From NCBI GenBank assembly GCA_023261845.1, contig JALNJZ010000005.1, forward strand, positions 1-64,000: a stretch of 64,000 bases of DNA. Direction: 5' to 3'. This DNA comes from Candidatus Terraquivivens tengchongensis (GTDB taxonomy: Archaea > Thermoproteota > Nitrososphaeria_A > Caldarchaeales > Wolframiiraptoraceae). Positions 38,886 through 48,925 of the stretch are shown piece after piece (the stretch's first letter is position 1; every line of letters starts with the position of its first letter). The position numbers and the translations under genes are program-made. The notes beneath the pieces are model-generated. The model searched no databases. It was not told the origin of the DNA and saw only the letters and a list, made by a program, of their open reading frames with translations.

Positions 38886-40183
38886 GTCGGTACTTGTCTT
38901 AAAAACTCCTCCGTAACTGAAAGCAGACGCTCTATGTCTTCTTCAGAGTGGGCTACTGAGGGTGCGAATACCTGCTTGCTGGGTTTCATGCAAAGAATGT
39001 TGTTATTGAGCAGAAAGTGAAAGTAGTCCCTTGCAAGTTTGGTATCACCTACCGCACTTCTGACGTCTTTTGGTTTTTCTTTTGTGAAATGGATCGCAAA
39101 TAGGGACCCAACACCGGTAACATGGATGGCCACCTTATACCTGCTGAACACATCTTCTAATCCTTTCCTAGCTCTCTCACCAAGCGCATTTATCTTTGGA
39201 TACACTTCGCCTTTCGTCAACTCACTCAACAACGTATAGCCTGCCCTGGCCGTGAGCGGATTACCGGCATAAGTACCGCCATGGAATGACATCTCGTAAT
39301 GCTTCCTTTTCCTCTGGTCTAATAACTCCATGATGTCCTCTCTACCACCAAACCCACCAGCAGGGAATATACCACCACCGAGAATCTTTCCAAATGTCGT
39401 GATATCTGGCAATACGCCGTAGTACTCCTGCGCACCACCTCTGGCCAACCTAAAGCCCGTTATCACTTCATCGAATATCAAGAGGATGCCGAGCTCATCG
39501 CAAAGTTCTCTGAGCCCCTTCAAGAATTCCCTATCGGCAGGTATCATACCGTTAGAGCCCATAACGGGTTCTAGGATTATACATGCAAGATCTTCACGTT
39601 TCACCCTCTGCCTCACACCTTCGAGGTCGTTGAAAGGTAAAACTATCGTATCATTCATGACACCATCGGTCAAACCTAACGAAGCGGGCTTGTCTAACGG
39701 AGGGTTAACGGCCTTATGTAACGCATCGTAACCACCATGCCAATGTCCTTCGAACTTCGCTATCTTATTTTTCCCCGTGTATGCCCTAGCAAGCCTGATA
39801 GCATACATGTTGGCCTCGGTACCGCTATTTGTAGCCCTGAACAACTTTACACTCGGGACTGCCTTCGTTACAATTTCTGCCAACTTTACTTCCCATTCAT
39901 GGCAGAAACCAAGATGGGCACCCAACTCAAGTTGTTCTCTTGCAGCCCTGATGACTGGTTCGTAAGCATGCCCCATTATAATTGCCGCATGTCCCATCCA
40001 GAAGTCCAAGTATTCATTCCCGTCAACATCCCATATCCTGCTACCTTTAGCCTTGGAGACGTAGATCGGATACGGTTCCCAGTACTTTATCGCATAAGTT
40101 ACGCCTCCGGGTAAGAACTTTATAGCTTCATTATAAAGAGCTCGCGACTTTTGCGTCCTAAGCTCGTAGAGCTCATGAATCAC
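38879..40183 (-). CDS. Class III PLP aminotransferase, glutamate-1-semialdehyde aminomutase-like
   Basis: LPGGV, DVDGNEYLD, NSGTEA, FDEVITGFR, FGKILGGG, GTYAGNP. Confidence 0.85.
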   Translation of the reverse strand: MIHELYELRTQKSRALYNEAIKFLPGGVTYAIKYWEPYPIYVSKAKGSRIWDVDGNEYLDFWMGHAAIIMGHAYEPVIRAAREQLELGAHLGFCHEWEVKLAEIVTKAVPSVKLFRATNSGTEANMYAIRLARAYTGKNKIAKFEGHWHGGYDALHKAVNPPLDKPASLGLTDGVMNDTIVLPFNDLEGVRQRVKREDLACIILEPVMGSNGMIPADREFLKGLRELCDELGILLIFDEVITGFRLARGGAQEYYGVLPDITTFGKILGGGIFPAGGFGGREDIMELLDQRKRKHYEMSFHGGTYAGNPLTARAGYTLLSELTKGEVYPKINALGERARKGLEDVFSRYKVAIHVTGVGSLFAIHFTKEKPKDVRSAVGDTKLARDYFHFLLNNNILCMKPSKQVFAPSVAHSEEDIERLLSVTEEFLRQVPTQ

Positions 40184-40201
40184 AGTAGGACACTTCCTAG
40201 C

Positions 40202-41152
40202 TTACTCTGGAGGTCTAAAGGCTAAAAGCTTAACCTTTATCCTGATTAAGCTAACATCCCTGACTAAACTTACATCTACTTCGGCCCCAACCCTTTTTGA
40301 CTCGATCATCTTCTTTAACATCTCGATAGAGTTCACACTTTTGTCGTCTATCGCAACTATTATATCACCTTCCCTTATACCAGCTAAGTAGGCTGGACTA
40401 TTTGGTGCGACCCTATAGACCAGAACACCCTCATCAACCGGAAAATTATAGTACGTTGATATCGTGGGGTTAAGGGACACACCCACTATGCCAAGCCACG
40501 GTCTTCTAACGTAACCCACTTCCATGATATCTTCGACAACCCTCTTTGCAGTGTTTATTGGTATTGCAAACCCTATACCTTGGGCAAACGGTATTATGGC
40601 CGTTGTAATTGCTACAACTTCACCTGCTAAGTTTACCAAGGGCCCACCGCTATTGCCCGGGTTTATAGCAGCATCCGTTTGAACAAGTCCTTCCATCAAG
40701 CCAAAGCGTGTTTGCATGTTTCTGTTTAGTGCACTGATTACACCCATGGTTACTGTAGGACCGCCTGCCAAACCAAACGGATTCCCTATAGCTATCACGA
40801 ATTGTCCAACTTTAAGCTTCGAAGAATCACCTAACTTAGCCGCTTGTAACCCTCTCCTATCAACTTTTATGACAGCAATGTCTGTCGCGATATCTTTGCC
40901 TATAACCTCACCGCTCAAAACCTCTCCGTTGTATAACGTAACGTTTATTCTTTGAGCTGCCTCAACCACATGGGCATTAGTCATAATGTATCCGTTTGGA
41001 TCAAATATTACCCCTGAACCTACACCGCTTATCGGTGCGATTTCAAAAGGAGAGACTTGGAGAAGGTGGATCGTGCTGACGTTTACCACAGAAACCATAA
41101 CCTTTTCTATGACGGAAGTTATTGTATCTTCATCTATTGAGACCATGTTCAT
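40202..41152 (-). CDS. HtrA/DegP-family trypsin-like serine protease with one PDZ domain
   Basis: GSGVI, TNAHVV, TDIAV, QTDAAINPGNSGGPL; start moved to ATG 41152 or 41146 to avoid head-to-head overlap with the ABC ATPase. Confidence 0.9.
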   Translation of the reverse strand: MNMVSIDEDTITSVIEKVMVSVVNVSTIHLLQVSPFEIAPISGVGSGVIFDPNGYIMTNAHVVEAAQRINVTLYNGEVLSGEVIGKDIATDIAVIKVDRRGLQAAKLGDSSKLKVGQFVIAIGNPFGLAGGPTVTMGVISALNRNMQTRFGLMEGLVQTDAAINPGNSGGPLVNLAGEVVAITTAIIPFAQGIGFAIPINTAKRVVEDIMEVGYVRRPWLGIVGVSLNPTISTYYNFPVDEGVLVYRVAPNSPAYLAGIREGDIIVAIDDKSVNSIEMLKKMIESKRVGAEVDVSLVRDVSLIRIKVKLLAFRPPE

Positions 41153-41213
41153 CAATTTCTTAACGTTAGTAATATCTTTATATTGTTTATCGTTAGGTGT
41201 TCTTGCATAGAAC

Positions 41214-41903
41214 ATGGGTATAAAGGCTCCTGCCATTAGGTTCGATAACGTCTGGAAGATTTACCGCATGGGGAACATTGAGTTTCCAGCATTGCGGGGC
41301 ATCACGCTGTCTATTGAAAGCGGTGAGTTTGTTGCAGTTGTTGGGCCAAGCGGTAGCGGTAAATCTACACTACTTCATATAGCTGGTGCGTTAGATAGAC
41401 CAACAAAAGGTAAGGTTTTCATAGATGGTGTAGATATCTCCGTATTGAATGATACTGAGCTAAGCGAGCTAAGGAACAGAACGATCGGGTTTGTATTCCA
41501 AGCATATAACCTGATTCCCAGACTAACTGCCAAACAAAACGTAGAACTTCCATTGATGTTAAGAGGCGTCCCTCCAAACGAAAGAGAGAAGCTAGTAATC
41601 AAAGCACTCGAGTTGGTTGGATTAGCATCAAAGCTTAACAATAAGCCTACAGAGCTAAGCGGAGGTGAGCAACAACGTGTGGCTATAGCTAGAGCCATAA
41701 TAACCAATCCGAAGATCCTATTATGCGATGAGCCTACTGGTAATCTAGACTCGAAGTCCGCGGAGGGAGTTATGAACGTTATAAAAGATATAAATAGAAG
41801 ATATGGATCTACGGTCGTTGTGGTAACACATAACGTGGAGATAGCTGAGTCAGCCGAGCGGATAATCAGATTAAAGGACGGGATGGTTTATGATAAGGCA
41901 TAG
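41214..41903 (+). CDS. ABC transporter ATPase, LolD/MacB type
   Basis: GPSGSGKS, GFVFQ, LSGGEQQRV, DEPTGNLD, VTH. Confidence 0.93.
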   Translation: MGIKAPAIRFDNVWKIYRMGNIEFPALRGITLSIESGEFVAVVGPSGSGKSTLLHIAGALDRPTKGKVFIDGVDISVLNDTELSELRNRTIGFVFQAYNLIPRLTAKQNVELPLMLRGVPPNEREKLVIKALELVGLASKLNNKPTELSGGEQQRVAIARAIITNPKILLCDEPTGNLDSKSAEGVMNVIKDINRRYGSTVVVVTHNVEIAESAERIIRLKDGMVYDKA

Positions 41904-43908
41904 AATCCTTTTAATGGTATTCTCAATAATGTTTGTACTCACGATTATAAGTTTAGCGAGTGTGCATTCGAAGAACATAATAGCTGTAGAAGCATTCTGG
42001 GGTGATGTAAGCAATAGGATCGAAGTTGATGCGGGCGACAAGAACGTACCGCTGATTTTACAGATGGTTAATGCAAGGAAGGAGCAGATCATAGGCGTAA
42101 GGGGCTATCTCGTTCTTCCTGAAGGGTTTGAAGATTCGTTAACGAAGTCCAGATACACCCGCGAAGCTGCCTATGCCGACCCTGTACCGAGTGGACGGTC
42201 TTTTATGCTCCGCTACCTTCTTGACATTTCTGAAAATTTAAAACCAGGCCTCTACAAAGCATATGCAATCATATACTATAACTATTATGATGAGAGTGAG
42301 AAAGACCTGGTTAGCTCCTCATCGTATGTTTACTTTGACATAAGAGTTACTGGAAAGAGCCTAGCTTTGCTCAAGACAGAACACAGTACCTTAACGCCGG
42401 GCATGCTGAACGAAGCCAAGATCATAATCTCCAACAACGGTACTGCGGATATGTACAACGTAATGATCTCGTTAGGAGACCCTGACATAACTGGTGTGAC
42501 AATAATTAATACAAAGCGCTCTTGGCAATTTAGTAGAATCCCGCCCAATACCGATATTGTGCTACCCATATCTTTACAGGTAGAAAATTATGCTGTAAAC
42601 AAAGCCTTACGCATACCGATAGACATCACATACTTAGATTCTTATGGGCAACAAAAGAGGCTCCAGCAAAATGCCATGTTCCGCATAGGCACACAAATAA
42701 GTGAGAGGATAAGAATCGAGGCGACGCTCGACAACGACCTACTATCACCTACAACAGTAAACCAGTTAAAAATAACACTTCGGAACGAAGGGTTAGAACC
42801 TGCATACTCTGTAGAAGTTGAACTAACACCTCCGCAGAGCGTGCCGGCATTTCTCACATTTGTTGGAAAATCAGGCAGGTGGAGCCTAAATGAGCTGAAG
42901 GCCGGGGAAGAATGTCAGCTAGATTTTGAGCTATTCGCTAGTCAGCTGGCTTCTGGTAAGTCTTTCCTGCTTTCGTTGAAACTATCATACCGCGATATTC
43001 ACAATAATTCATACGAGGTGGTCAGGACAATAGGTGTAAGAGTTGCAGATCAGCCGCTTTCTAAGGCATTCAAGATCACGTCAGGAGCTTACTTGACTTC
43101 TGGTTCCATAAACAACTTAGAAATACTCGTGAAGAACTTGAAACCATACACGCTAAAGGATGTATCAATAACGTTGGAGCCTACAGCCGGTTGGTTAACT
43201 TTGTTGGAAGGTGCTAGAGAATATTTCAAAGAGATACGTCCAGACGAGGAAGTTGTGCTGAACGTCTTAGCCTTTGTTTCAGAACAGACCTTTGAAAAAC
43301 TATCCACTGTCGGATACTCGACATATATAAACGTGAACGTTGAATACATAGATTGGCAAGGCGTAACAAAAACAGAGAATTATAGGCTGGGATACTATGT
43401 TAAGGGCATAATAGACTTAAAACTCCAAGACCTCAACTTTGAGGTCATAAATAAGCAACCATACCTCGTTGGAAGGTTGTTGAATGAAGGGAATGAGCCT
43501 GCATTCTTTACGAGGGTTCTGTTGGTTGATTCTAACGACGTTATACGTCCAGTTAAATCCGTTTATCTCGGAGATGTGAACCCCAACGCTCCGCTGAGGT
43601 TTAATCTTCCGATAGCTGTCGTAGGGAATCTCACACCCGGTGTTATACCAGTAGAGATCTTAGTTGAGTACAAAGATACGCTAAGGAATAACTTCTCAAA
43701 GACGTTTGTGCATGATATAATAATTACAAGCAGCTGGCCTCAGTCCCAAGAAAAAACGAGTACCGGTCTGCCCGATATGATTGCTAGGTATACGGCTGCT
43801 GTATTAGTCGGTGTAGCCGTTGTTGCTTCTGTCGTAGCAGTAATTAGAATAAGGGGGAGAAGGAGACGAGGGCCGTCGATACAGTCTGGTATGCCTTCGG
43901 CGGCTTAA
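41890..43908 (+). CDS. COG1361-like surface/S-layer-domain protein with C-terminal TM anchor
   Basis: Signal peptide, repeated Ig-like N.G...A..V and Y.D motifs, TM plus RRRR tail; lies between ABC ATPase and permease. Confidence 0.8.
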   Translation: MIRHRILLMVFSIMFVLTIISLASVHSKNIIAVEAFWGDVSNRIEVDAGDKNVPLILQMVNARKEQIIGVRGYLVLPEGFEDSLTKSRYTREAAYADPVPSGRSFMLRYLLDISENLKPGLYKAYAIIYYNYYDESEKDLVSSSSYVYFDIRVTGKSLALLKTEHSTLTPGMLNEAKIIISNNGTADMYNVMISLGDPDITGVTIINTKRSWQFSRIPPNTDIVLPISLQVENYAVNKALRIPIDITYLDSYGQQKRLQQNAMFRIGTQISERIRIEATLDNDLLSPTTVNQLKITLRNEGLEPAYSVEVELTPPQSVPAFLTFVGKSGRWSLNELKAGEECQLDFELFASQLASGKSFLLSLKLSYRDIHNNSYEVVRTIGVRVADQPLSKAFKITSGAYLTSGSINNLEILVKNLKPYTLKDVSITLEPTAGWLTLLEGAREYFKEIRPDEEVVLNVLAFVSEQTFEKLSTVGYSTYINVNVEYIDWQGVTKTENYRLGYYVKGIIDLKLQDLNFEVINKQPYLVGRLLNEGNEPAFFTRVLLVDSNDVIRPVKSVYLGDVNPNAPLRFNLPIAVVGNLTPGVIPVEILVEYKDTLRNNFSKTFVHDIIITSSWPQSQEKTSTGLPDMIARYTAAVLVGVAVVASVVAVIRIRGRRRRGPSIQSGMPSAA

Positions 43909-45098
43909 GGACACGTAAAGTAAGGACGGTTCTAACAATCGTGGGCATAATGATAGGGACTGCACTAATAATATCTCTCATATCTAATACTGAAGGCCTA
44001 AACGTCTTGATAGATAACGCCCTCTCGAAGATAGGTGTCAACAACATATTTGTAACACCTTCTGGAACAGTGTCCGCCCGAGCTGGTCCAAGTGAGACCC
44101 TAAAACTGACAGATGCTGACGTCATGCTACTTGCAAACTTGCCAGAGGTAAAGGCCGTCAGTCCATTCTACCTCTCTCGAGGTAAGCTCATAGGTGGTGG
44201 CTTCGAGCAAACTGTTTCCATAATAGGCCTGGACCCGACTTTGACCTATCAAGTGCTACCCGACCTAGAAATTTACCAAGGCGAGGACCTCTCACCGAAC
44301 GACATGGCGATGATAGCCATAGGTTATGACGTTGCGTTCCCGTCTGGAGAGCCTGGAAAGAGTATACCACTCTACAGCTCTGTAACGCTGGAGCTTATGG
44401 TTGATGGGCAACGTGTCACAAGGTCTTACATCGTCGGAGCAATATACAAGAAATTTGGTTCGACACCATACCTTGACGTTGACAAAAGCGTCATGATAAC
44501 AATACCGCAGGCATGCAGCATTTTCAAATCCACGAGTTACCCAAGCACAGTTGTGATTGCTGAATCTACAGATGCCGTTGACTCAATAATTGAGGCTATA
44601 AACAACATATATGGAAAAGATGCAGACATTATTAGCCCTTTGACGATAATAAAGCAGGTTAAGATAATACTCAACAACTTCACGATTTTCCTCTTAGTGG
44701 TGTCCAGCATAGCGTTGGTTGTCGCCGGCGTAGGCATAATGAACACGATGTTCATGACAATCATGGAGAGGACGAGGGAAATAGGTGTCCTCAGGGCCTT
44801 GGGCTTTTCTCAAAGAGATGTTGCAAAGATTTTCTTAACAGAGTCGACATTGATAGGCATCATAGGAGGTCTGCTTGGCATAGTTTTAGGAAGCTTGTTG
44901 GCCATGTCGCTCGGAGGGGTGTTTTCGTCTTTCCTAATTGGAGTAAGTGGCAATCCGGTGATATACCAGCCAAACGTAACACCGACTGTGTTAGTTAATA
45001 GCTTTTTATTCGCCGTCGTCGTTGGTCTCCTTTCCGGCATATATCCGGCTTTAAGAGCCGCAAGGTTAGACCCTGTCCAAGCACTCAGGGCCGAATAG
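43866..45098 (+). CDS. MacB/FtsX-like ABC permease (start extended to ACG 43866)
   Basis: RTRKVRTVLTIVGIMIG lies upstream of the track's start; GIMNTM, ERTREIGVLRALG, YPA.RAARLDP..ALR.E. Confidence 0.9.
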   Translation, partial: TRAVDTVWYAFGGLRTRKVRTVLTIVGIMIGTALIISLISNTEGLNVLIDNALSKIGVNNIFVTPSGTVSARAGPSETLKLTDADVMLLANLPEVKAVSPFYLSRGKLIGGGFEQTVSIIGLDPTLTYQVLPDLEIYQGEDLSPNDMAMIAIGYDVAFPSGEPGKSIPLYSSVTLELMVDGQRVTRSYIVGAIYKKFGSTPYLDVDKSVMITIPQACSIFKSTSYPSTVVIAESTDAVDSIIEAINNIYGKDADIISPLTIIKQVKIILNNFTIFLLVVSSIALVVAGVGIMNTMFMTIMERTREIGVLRALGFSQRDVAKIFLTESTLIGIIGGLLGIVLGSLLAMSLGGVFSSFLIGVSGNPVIYQPNVTPTVLVNSFLFAVVVGLLSGIYPALRAARLDPVQALRAE

Positions 45099-45158
45099 AG
45101 CTCCGGACGGAGTTATGCATATAAGTTGATGTAAAACAGATAGTTTGGAGCGGAAATA

Positions 45159-45920
45159 ATGTACACGTTGTTCATAACGGGAACGGCAGGGTCGGGTAAA
45201 TCAACATTGACCGGGTCATTTAATGAGTGGCTTCGTGACCAAGAGCAGTCAACCGTAACTGTTAATCTTGATCCTGCAGCGACTATTCTGCCTTATGAGC
45301 CCGACGTAGACGTAAGAGAAATTGTCGATTACGAAAGGATAATGGTAACACGTAGACTTGGACCAAATGCGGCTTTAATAGCATCCGTAAGGGAGGTTGC
45401 TAGACACATAGAGGAACTAAGAGAAGAAGTTAGTTCCTTCAACGTTGACTATGTGCTTGTCGATACGCCAGGCCAGCTTGAACTCTTCGCATTCAGAAAA
45501 GAAGGTAAAATAATCGCCAAAAACCTTACTGACGGCTCTAAGGCGATGCTATTCCTTTTGGACCCAATGTTCTGCGTCAACCCGAAAAACTTTGCCGCAA
45601 GCATATTCCTCTCGGTCTCAATATACCTAAGCTTCGGCATACCCCTCATTATGGCATTATCAAAAATTGACGCGGTACCGAAGAAGTACATAAACAGGAT
45701 ACTCAGATGGGCTGAGTCGGATGAGGCGTTTCTAATAGACCTAGAGAATAGGCTTAAAGGAGCCCAGATGATGCTCGCGAGAGATGTTGCAAGGGCCGTG
45801 TTCGACGTGAGCAGCTTCGTACCCATAATACCTGTATCTGCGCTTAATATGAGTGGTCTCGTCGAGCTTCATGGCGCTCTTACGAGGATATTCAGCGAAG
45901 GCGAGCTGGAGCTTAGGTAG
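45159..45920 (+). CDS. GPN-loop GTPase
   Basis: GTAGSGKST, VNLDP, LGPN, DTPGQLE, SKID. Confidence 0.92.
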   Translation: MYTLFITGTAGSGKSTLTGSFNEWLRDQEQSTVTVNLDPAATILPYEPDVDVREIVDYERIMVTRRLGPNAALIASVREVARHIEELREEVSSFNVDYVLVDTPGQLELFAFRKEGKIIAKNLTDGSKAMLFLLDPMFCVNPKNFAASIFLSVSIYLSFGIPLIMALSKIDAVPKKYINRILRWAESDEAFLIDLENRLKGAQMMLARDVARAVFDVSSFVPIIPVSALNMSGLVELHGALTRIFSEGELELR

Positions 45921-46027
45921 AAGATGTTTTTGTGTCCATCAAGTCGCAACGACCGTTTTAAAACGTTTACATAAACATCAAAACTAGAGGCTTATATAAT
46001 CCTAAAACTTTCAGAGAGGAGAGAACG

Positions 46028-46867
46028 ATGACGTACGAAAACACAGAAGTTGAGCAGCTTAGGGAAAAGCTCAAGGAGTTAAATAGTGTAATAAAGCAAA
46101 TCGAAGTCGAGCTTGACGAAGTATCAAAAGAGTTGGGCTCTATTCGCGAGCAGAAAAAAGAGGCAAGGCAGAAATTTCAAGAAAAGTTAAACGAAAAGAA
46201 GAAGCTTTTAGAAGATTACAAAAAACTGAAGTCAGACTTAAATGCATGCTACGCCTCAAGAAAAGATCTTATTAAACAGCTAAAGATCATCGAAAATGAC
46301 ACGCGATATCCAAAGGGCGATATTAGCATAAATGAAATAAAGGATAGAATCAAGAACATAGAATGGACAATACATACTTCGATACTAAAACCTAGCGAAG
46401 AAAGGAAACTTTTCCTTGAATCCAAAAGGTTAGAGGAGGCCGTGGTACTGATTGAAAAACGGGAAGGCCTTATCGCAAACATCAATGCTCAAAACGATAA
46501 AATTAAGTCGATAAGGGATGAGTTGAATGTAATCAAAAGCATGTTGAAAGACATTAACGAGGGAATTAGTAAAATAAAGGAGGAATACGATAATTTAAAG
46601 AAAAAGTATGAGGAGAGACGCAAAGATTACATGCAAATAAAGGAGAGGCTTAGCAGGGCGGAGGCTGAACGGATATTACTTCAATCTAAATTGACGGTAT
46701 TGATGGAGCAGATCAAGGCGGTTATGGATGACGCGGCAAAACGGAAAGAGGAGGAGTTTAAAAAGCGCGTCATTGCCGAGGCTAAGCAGAAGCTGTTAAG
46801 TGGTAAAAGAGTAACTTTCCAAGAATTAAAACTTCTGCTCGAGAATGATGAGGAGTTTAAACTTTAG
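46028..46867 (+). CDS. Archaeal coiled-coil protein (COG1340-like)
   Basis: Heptad-rich sequence with central IEWTIHTSIL..SEER and C-terminal GKRVTFQEL. Confidence 0.7.
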   Translation: MTYENTEVEQLREKLKELNSVIKQIEVELDEVSKELGSIREQKKEARQKFQEKLNEKKKLLEDYKKLKSDLNACYASRKDLIKQLKIIENDTRYPKGDISINEIKDRIKNIEWTIHTSILKPSEERKLFLESKRLEEAVVLIEKREGLIANINAQNDKIKSIRDELNVIKSMLKDINEGISKIKEEYDNLKKKYEERRKDYMQIKERLSRAEAERILLQSKLTVLMEQIKAVMDDAAKRKEEEFKKRVIAEAKQKLLSGKRVTFQELKLLLENDEEFKL

Positions 46868-46954
46868 AACATGAAGGACGGACATCTTCTGATATTTTTA
46901 GAATGATTAACGTTATATTAGACTAATTAGAGAGATTTGTAACGGAAAAATAGC

Positions 46955-48136
46955 ATGGAAAATTTGGAAAAAAGACAAGAGAAGCTCCTCATCCTAGTGG
47001 TTGATAGAGATAACGATATTGGTAAAAAAACAGGTATAAAAACGCCTATCATAGGAAAAGAGAACAATCTGGAGGCGGCGAAGAGCCTTGCCTTGGCAGA
47101 CCCCGAAGAATCGGATGCAAACGCTATGTTTGGTGCCCTTAAACTATACGAGGAGTTAGTTAGCAAGTATGGAAAAGAGAATGTCGAGGTTGCAACCATA
47201 GCCGGTAGTGAGGAAAGTGGCTACTGGTCTGACGAAAAGATAAGGCGCGAGTTAGATGAGGTTTTAAAAACATTTCCATCATCCGCCTGCATCTTCGTTA
47301 GTGATGGCATCACTGACCAATTCGTATCCCCGATAATTTCATCAAAATTACCCATAGTTTCTGTTAAGAGAGTTGTAGTTAAACAAAGCGAGAGTGTCGA
47401 ACACACGTGGCTCTTACTCGGAAAATATATAAAGATGGCGATATTTGATACCAGATATTCTAAAATTTTTCTTGGAATACCGGGATTGTTGCTAACCTTC
47501 ATAGGTATTCTTTATACTCTTGGTTTGATGAACATACCAATACTTTTGCTGATCATAGGCATAGCATTATTCATCAAAGGTTTTGGAATTGACAACTCAA
47601 TAGCAACGAGATTCAGAATGTTGTCGAAGTTTATATCCTCGCACCCATTGGTACAGCTGAGAACCTTTAGCATAATTTCATCGTTGATTATTCTATTCAT
47701 AGGCATTTATTCGGGTTACATTAGCGCGTCGTCAACACTACCAAAAAATGTACAATTGCCATCAATCTCTGAAGACTTTTATTATTGGTTAGGAATGTTA
47801 CCCATGCTTACGGGTCAGTTCATACTTGGGGGCATAGATCTAATTTTTGTAAGCTTGTTACTCGTGGTGCTTACATACAGCATCTATTACATAATCTTGA
47901 AGAACATTAAATTCTGGAGAACTGTGCAAGCTACCGTTACGTTGATATGGTTATGGGCACTCTTGAAGAGAGTTGGGATGGTGCTTTCGGATACATCTTC
48001 CGCCACAGTGTTTGGTCCTCATGTGGTAATGCTACTCACGATAGGGCTTTTAGGCATACCGGCCCTAACGATAACTTTCATAGTTACAAGATACATGAGA
48101 AAAGCATACGCCTCATACTTTAAGAAAACAAAGTGA
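46955..48136 (+). CDS. DUF373-family membrane protein
   Basis: VDRDNDIG.K, ADPEESDAN, VSDG.TD, VVKQS; C-terminal TM helices. Confidence 0.88.
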   Translation: MENLEKRQEKLLILVVDRDNDIGKKTGIKTPIIGKENNLEAAKSLALADPEESDANAMFGALKLYEELVSKYGKENVEVATIAGSEESGYWSDEKIRRELDEVLKTFPSSACIFVSDGITDQFVSPIISSKLPIVSVKRVVVKQSESVEHTWLLLGKYIKMAIFDTRYSKIFLGIPGLLLTFIGILYTLGLMNIPILLLIIGIALFIKGFGIDNSIATRFRMLSKFISSHPLVQLRTFSIISSLIILFIGIYSGYISASSTLPKNVQLPSISEDFYYWLGMLPMLTGQFILGGIDLIFVSLLLVVLTYSIYYIILKNIKFWRTVQATVTLIWLWALLKRVGMVLSDTSSATVFGPHVVMLLTIGLLGIPALTITFIVTRYMRKAYASYFKKTK

Positions 48137-48142
48137 GAGCAT

Positions 48143-48925
48143 ATGTTTCAGAAATTGCTGAAGCTATTTGGCGCATACCGGTTATATGAAGCTTGGTTGA
48201 TAAATAGTGTTAAAAACGGCCCCATGCCAAAGCACGTAGCGTTAATATTGGACGGAAATAGGCGCTGGGCTAAGAATAAAGGGTTCGACCACACTTTTGG
48301 GCATAAAATTGGAGCAGACGTTGCAGAGAAAGTTCTTGAGTGGTGCATTGAGCTAAAAATTCAGACCGTAACGCTTTACGTTCTTTCTACGGAAAATCTG
48401 AAAAGAGATCAGGAAGAACTGTCAGAAATATTCAGGCTAATAAAGGAACGTGCTGAGAGGTTTGTAAATGACCCGAGGATACATAACAATCGTGTAAAGG
48501 TCACGATAATCGGTAGAAGAGAGCTAATACCCGACGACGTCAGGGGAGCGCTCGAAAAGTTAGAGAGCGTAACTAAAGATTACAACAATTATTTTCTGAA
48601 TATAGCGGTGGCTTATGGTGGAAGGGCAGAAATAGTTGATGCTACAAAGAAGATAGCCATTATGGTAAAGGAAGGAAAGCTTTCTGTTAACGACATAGAT
48701 GAAAAAGTTATCGAGTCAAATTTGTACACGTCCGGCATACCAAACTCTGATCCCGATTTGATAATTAGGACATCTGGTGAGGAGAGGATAAGTAACTTTC
48801 TTTTGTGGCAATCTGCATACAGCGAGCTCGTTTTTTTGGATATATTCTGGCCAGAATTCAGGAAGATAGATTTGTTACGAACGATCAGAACGTATCAGCA
48901 ACGTAATCGTAGATTCGGAGTTTAA
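48143..48925 (+). CDS. uppS: cis-prenyltransferase (polyprenyl diphosphate synthase)
   Basis: HVALILDGNRRWA, STEN, YGGR.EI, IRTSGE.RISNFLLWQ, RRFG. Confidence 0.95.
   Translation: MFQKLLKLFGAYRLYEAWLINSVKNGPMPKHVALILDGNRRWAKNKGFDHTFGHKIGADVAEKVLEWCIELKIQTVTLYVLSTENLKRDQEELSEIFRLIKERAERFVNDPRIHNNRVKVTIIGRRELIPDDVRGALEKLESVTKDYNNYFLNIAVAYGGRAEIVDATKKIAIMVKEGKLSVNDIDEKVIESNLYTSGIPNSDPDLIIRTSGEERISNFLLWQSAYSELVFLDIFWPEFRKIDLLRTIRTYQQRNRRFGV

Noticed and set aside
41153-41236. N-terminal extension of HtrA given in the ORF track
   Set aside because: It would overlap the divergent ABC ATPase head-to-head and cover the AT-rich promoter region
46868-46927. Possible C/D box sRNA (ATGAAGG..CTGA..ATGATTA..CTAA)
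   Set aside because: Three of the four boxes are degenerate and no rRNA/tRNA target was recognised; the 10-nt complement to the citrate synthase start is within chance
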